The notes under the pieces: generated by a model
What the model was told of the DNA's origin: nothing
The model's input: only the letters and a program-made list of their open reading frames with translations
The model's database searches: none
Shown here: one piece after another, positions 63,312 to 64,000 of the stretch
Layout: each line of letters begins with the position of its first letter
Position numbering within the stretch: position 1 is the stretch's first letter
Origin: a virus
DNA: 64,000 nucleotides
IMG/VR virus record: IMGVR_UViG_3300042922_000836
Location: 73,095 to 137,094 of that record
Strand: one strand, 5' to 3'
Program-made: the position numbers and the translations under genes

Positions 63312-64000
63312 AATTTACAATGAAGATTGTCTTGAGGGAATGAAAAAAATCTGCGACAAAAGCATTAATATGATTTTATGTGACTTGCCATACGGAACAA
63401 CATCATGTGATTGGGATACAGTTATTCCAGATCAACTTTTATGGAGTCAATACGATAGAATATTAAAAGATAACGGTGTAGTAGTTTTGTTTGGTAAAGA
63501 ACCTTTTACGAGTAACTTGATAAATAATCATAAAAGTGAATTTAAAGAAAAAATTACATGGTTAAAAAACAAAGCTGGTAATGGTTTTAATGCAACACAA
63601 AAACATATTCAAGTGACAGAAGATATTTGTGTATTTTCCAATTCTCCTACATATACATTTAATCCACAAAAGTGGCTGGTGAATGAAAAAGAATTTTTAA
63701 CTCAACGGAAAACATTTAATGAAGTTGAAGTGGGTAATAATATTTATGGCAAAATAAAAAGAATACGTAAACCAGATACAGGAGAACGAAATCCAATAAA
63801 TATTATTTCGTGTGCTGTTCCAATAATTCCTGCAAAATCAAAAATATATTCTGCTGATATTGATTTAAGGATGCATCCTACTCAAAAACCTGTAGCTTTG
63901 TGCGAATATTTAATTAACACATATTCAAATGAGAGTGAAACAATTTTAGATAATTGTATGGGTTCTGGAACAACTGCAATTGCTTGTTTAAATTTAAATA
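63295..64000 (+). CDS. N4/N6 DNA methyltransferase, truncated by the window edge
   Basis: Not in the ORF track. MLEINKIYNEDCLEGMK...DLPYG...HPTQKPV...DNCMGSGTT. Confidence 0.88.
   Translation, partial: MLEINKIYNEDCLEGMKKICDKSINMILCDLPYGTTSCDWDTVIPDQLLWSQYDRILKDNGVVVLFGKEPFTSNLINNHKSEFKEKITWLKNKAGNGFNATQKHIQVTEDICVFSNSPTYTFNPQKWLVNEKEFLTQRKTFNEVEVGNNIYGKIKRIRKPDTGERNPINIISCAVPIIPAKSKIYSADIDLRMHPTQKPVALCEYLINTYSNESETILDNCMGSGTTAIACLNLN

Noticed and set aside
1-64000. tRNA, tmRNA, rRNA, introns, inteins, IS elements
   Set aside because: No recognisable signatures by eye; tRNAscan-SE and Infernal would be needed to exclude them formally.

Overview
An AT-rich 64-kb segment of a large, probably temperate Firmicutes (likely clostridial) phage or prophage with SPbeta-like gene content; no host genes are visible. 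Genes run leftward on the - strand from about 49.6 kb to base 1 and rightward on the + strand from 50.6 kb. The left part holds an SPbeta-type replication module (DnaE, Cas4/AddB-like nuclease, primase, DnaB, AAA ATPase, SSB-like), a PRPP-synthetase-like plus NAMPT-like pair (NARP1-type NAD+ reconstitution), RNase H, and an MrpR(YopR)-like repressor next to a MazF/PemK-like gene. From 27 to 48 kb lie dozens of small genes (ClpX, GATase plus amidoligase, AbrB-like, J-domain, many unknowns) punctuated by 26 co-oriented copies of GTAAGGAW-N15-GTTATA. Five copies are stacked in tandem between a 462-aa sigma-factor-like gene and a roughly 650-nt ORF-free, highly structured RNA-like region. One copy precedes a complete hammerhead ribozyme, and nine supply the stop codon of the preceding ORF. 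A second intergenic motif (AACG-N4-AAGTAAT, about 10 copies) looks like a repressor operator. The right part holds a tyrosine recombinase, Bro/antirepressor proteins, YopX, HD and metallophosphoesterase genes and five N4/N6 DNA methyltransferases. All calls come from motif recognition by eye; no database searches were run.
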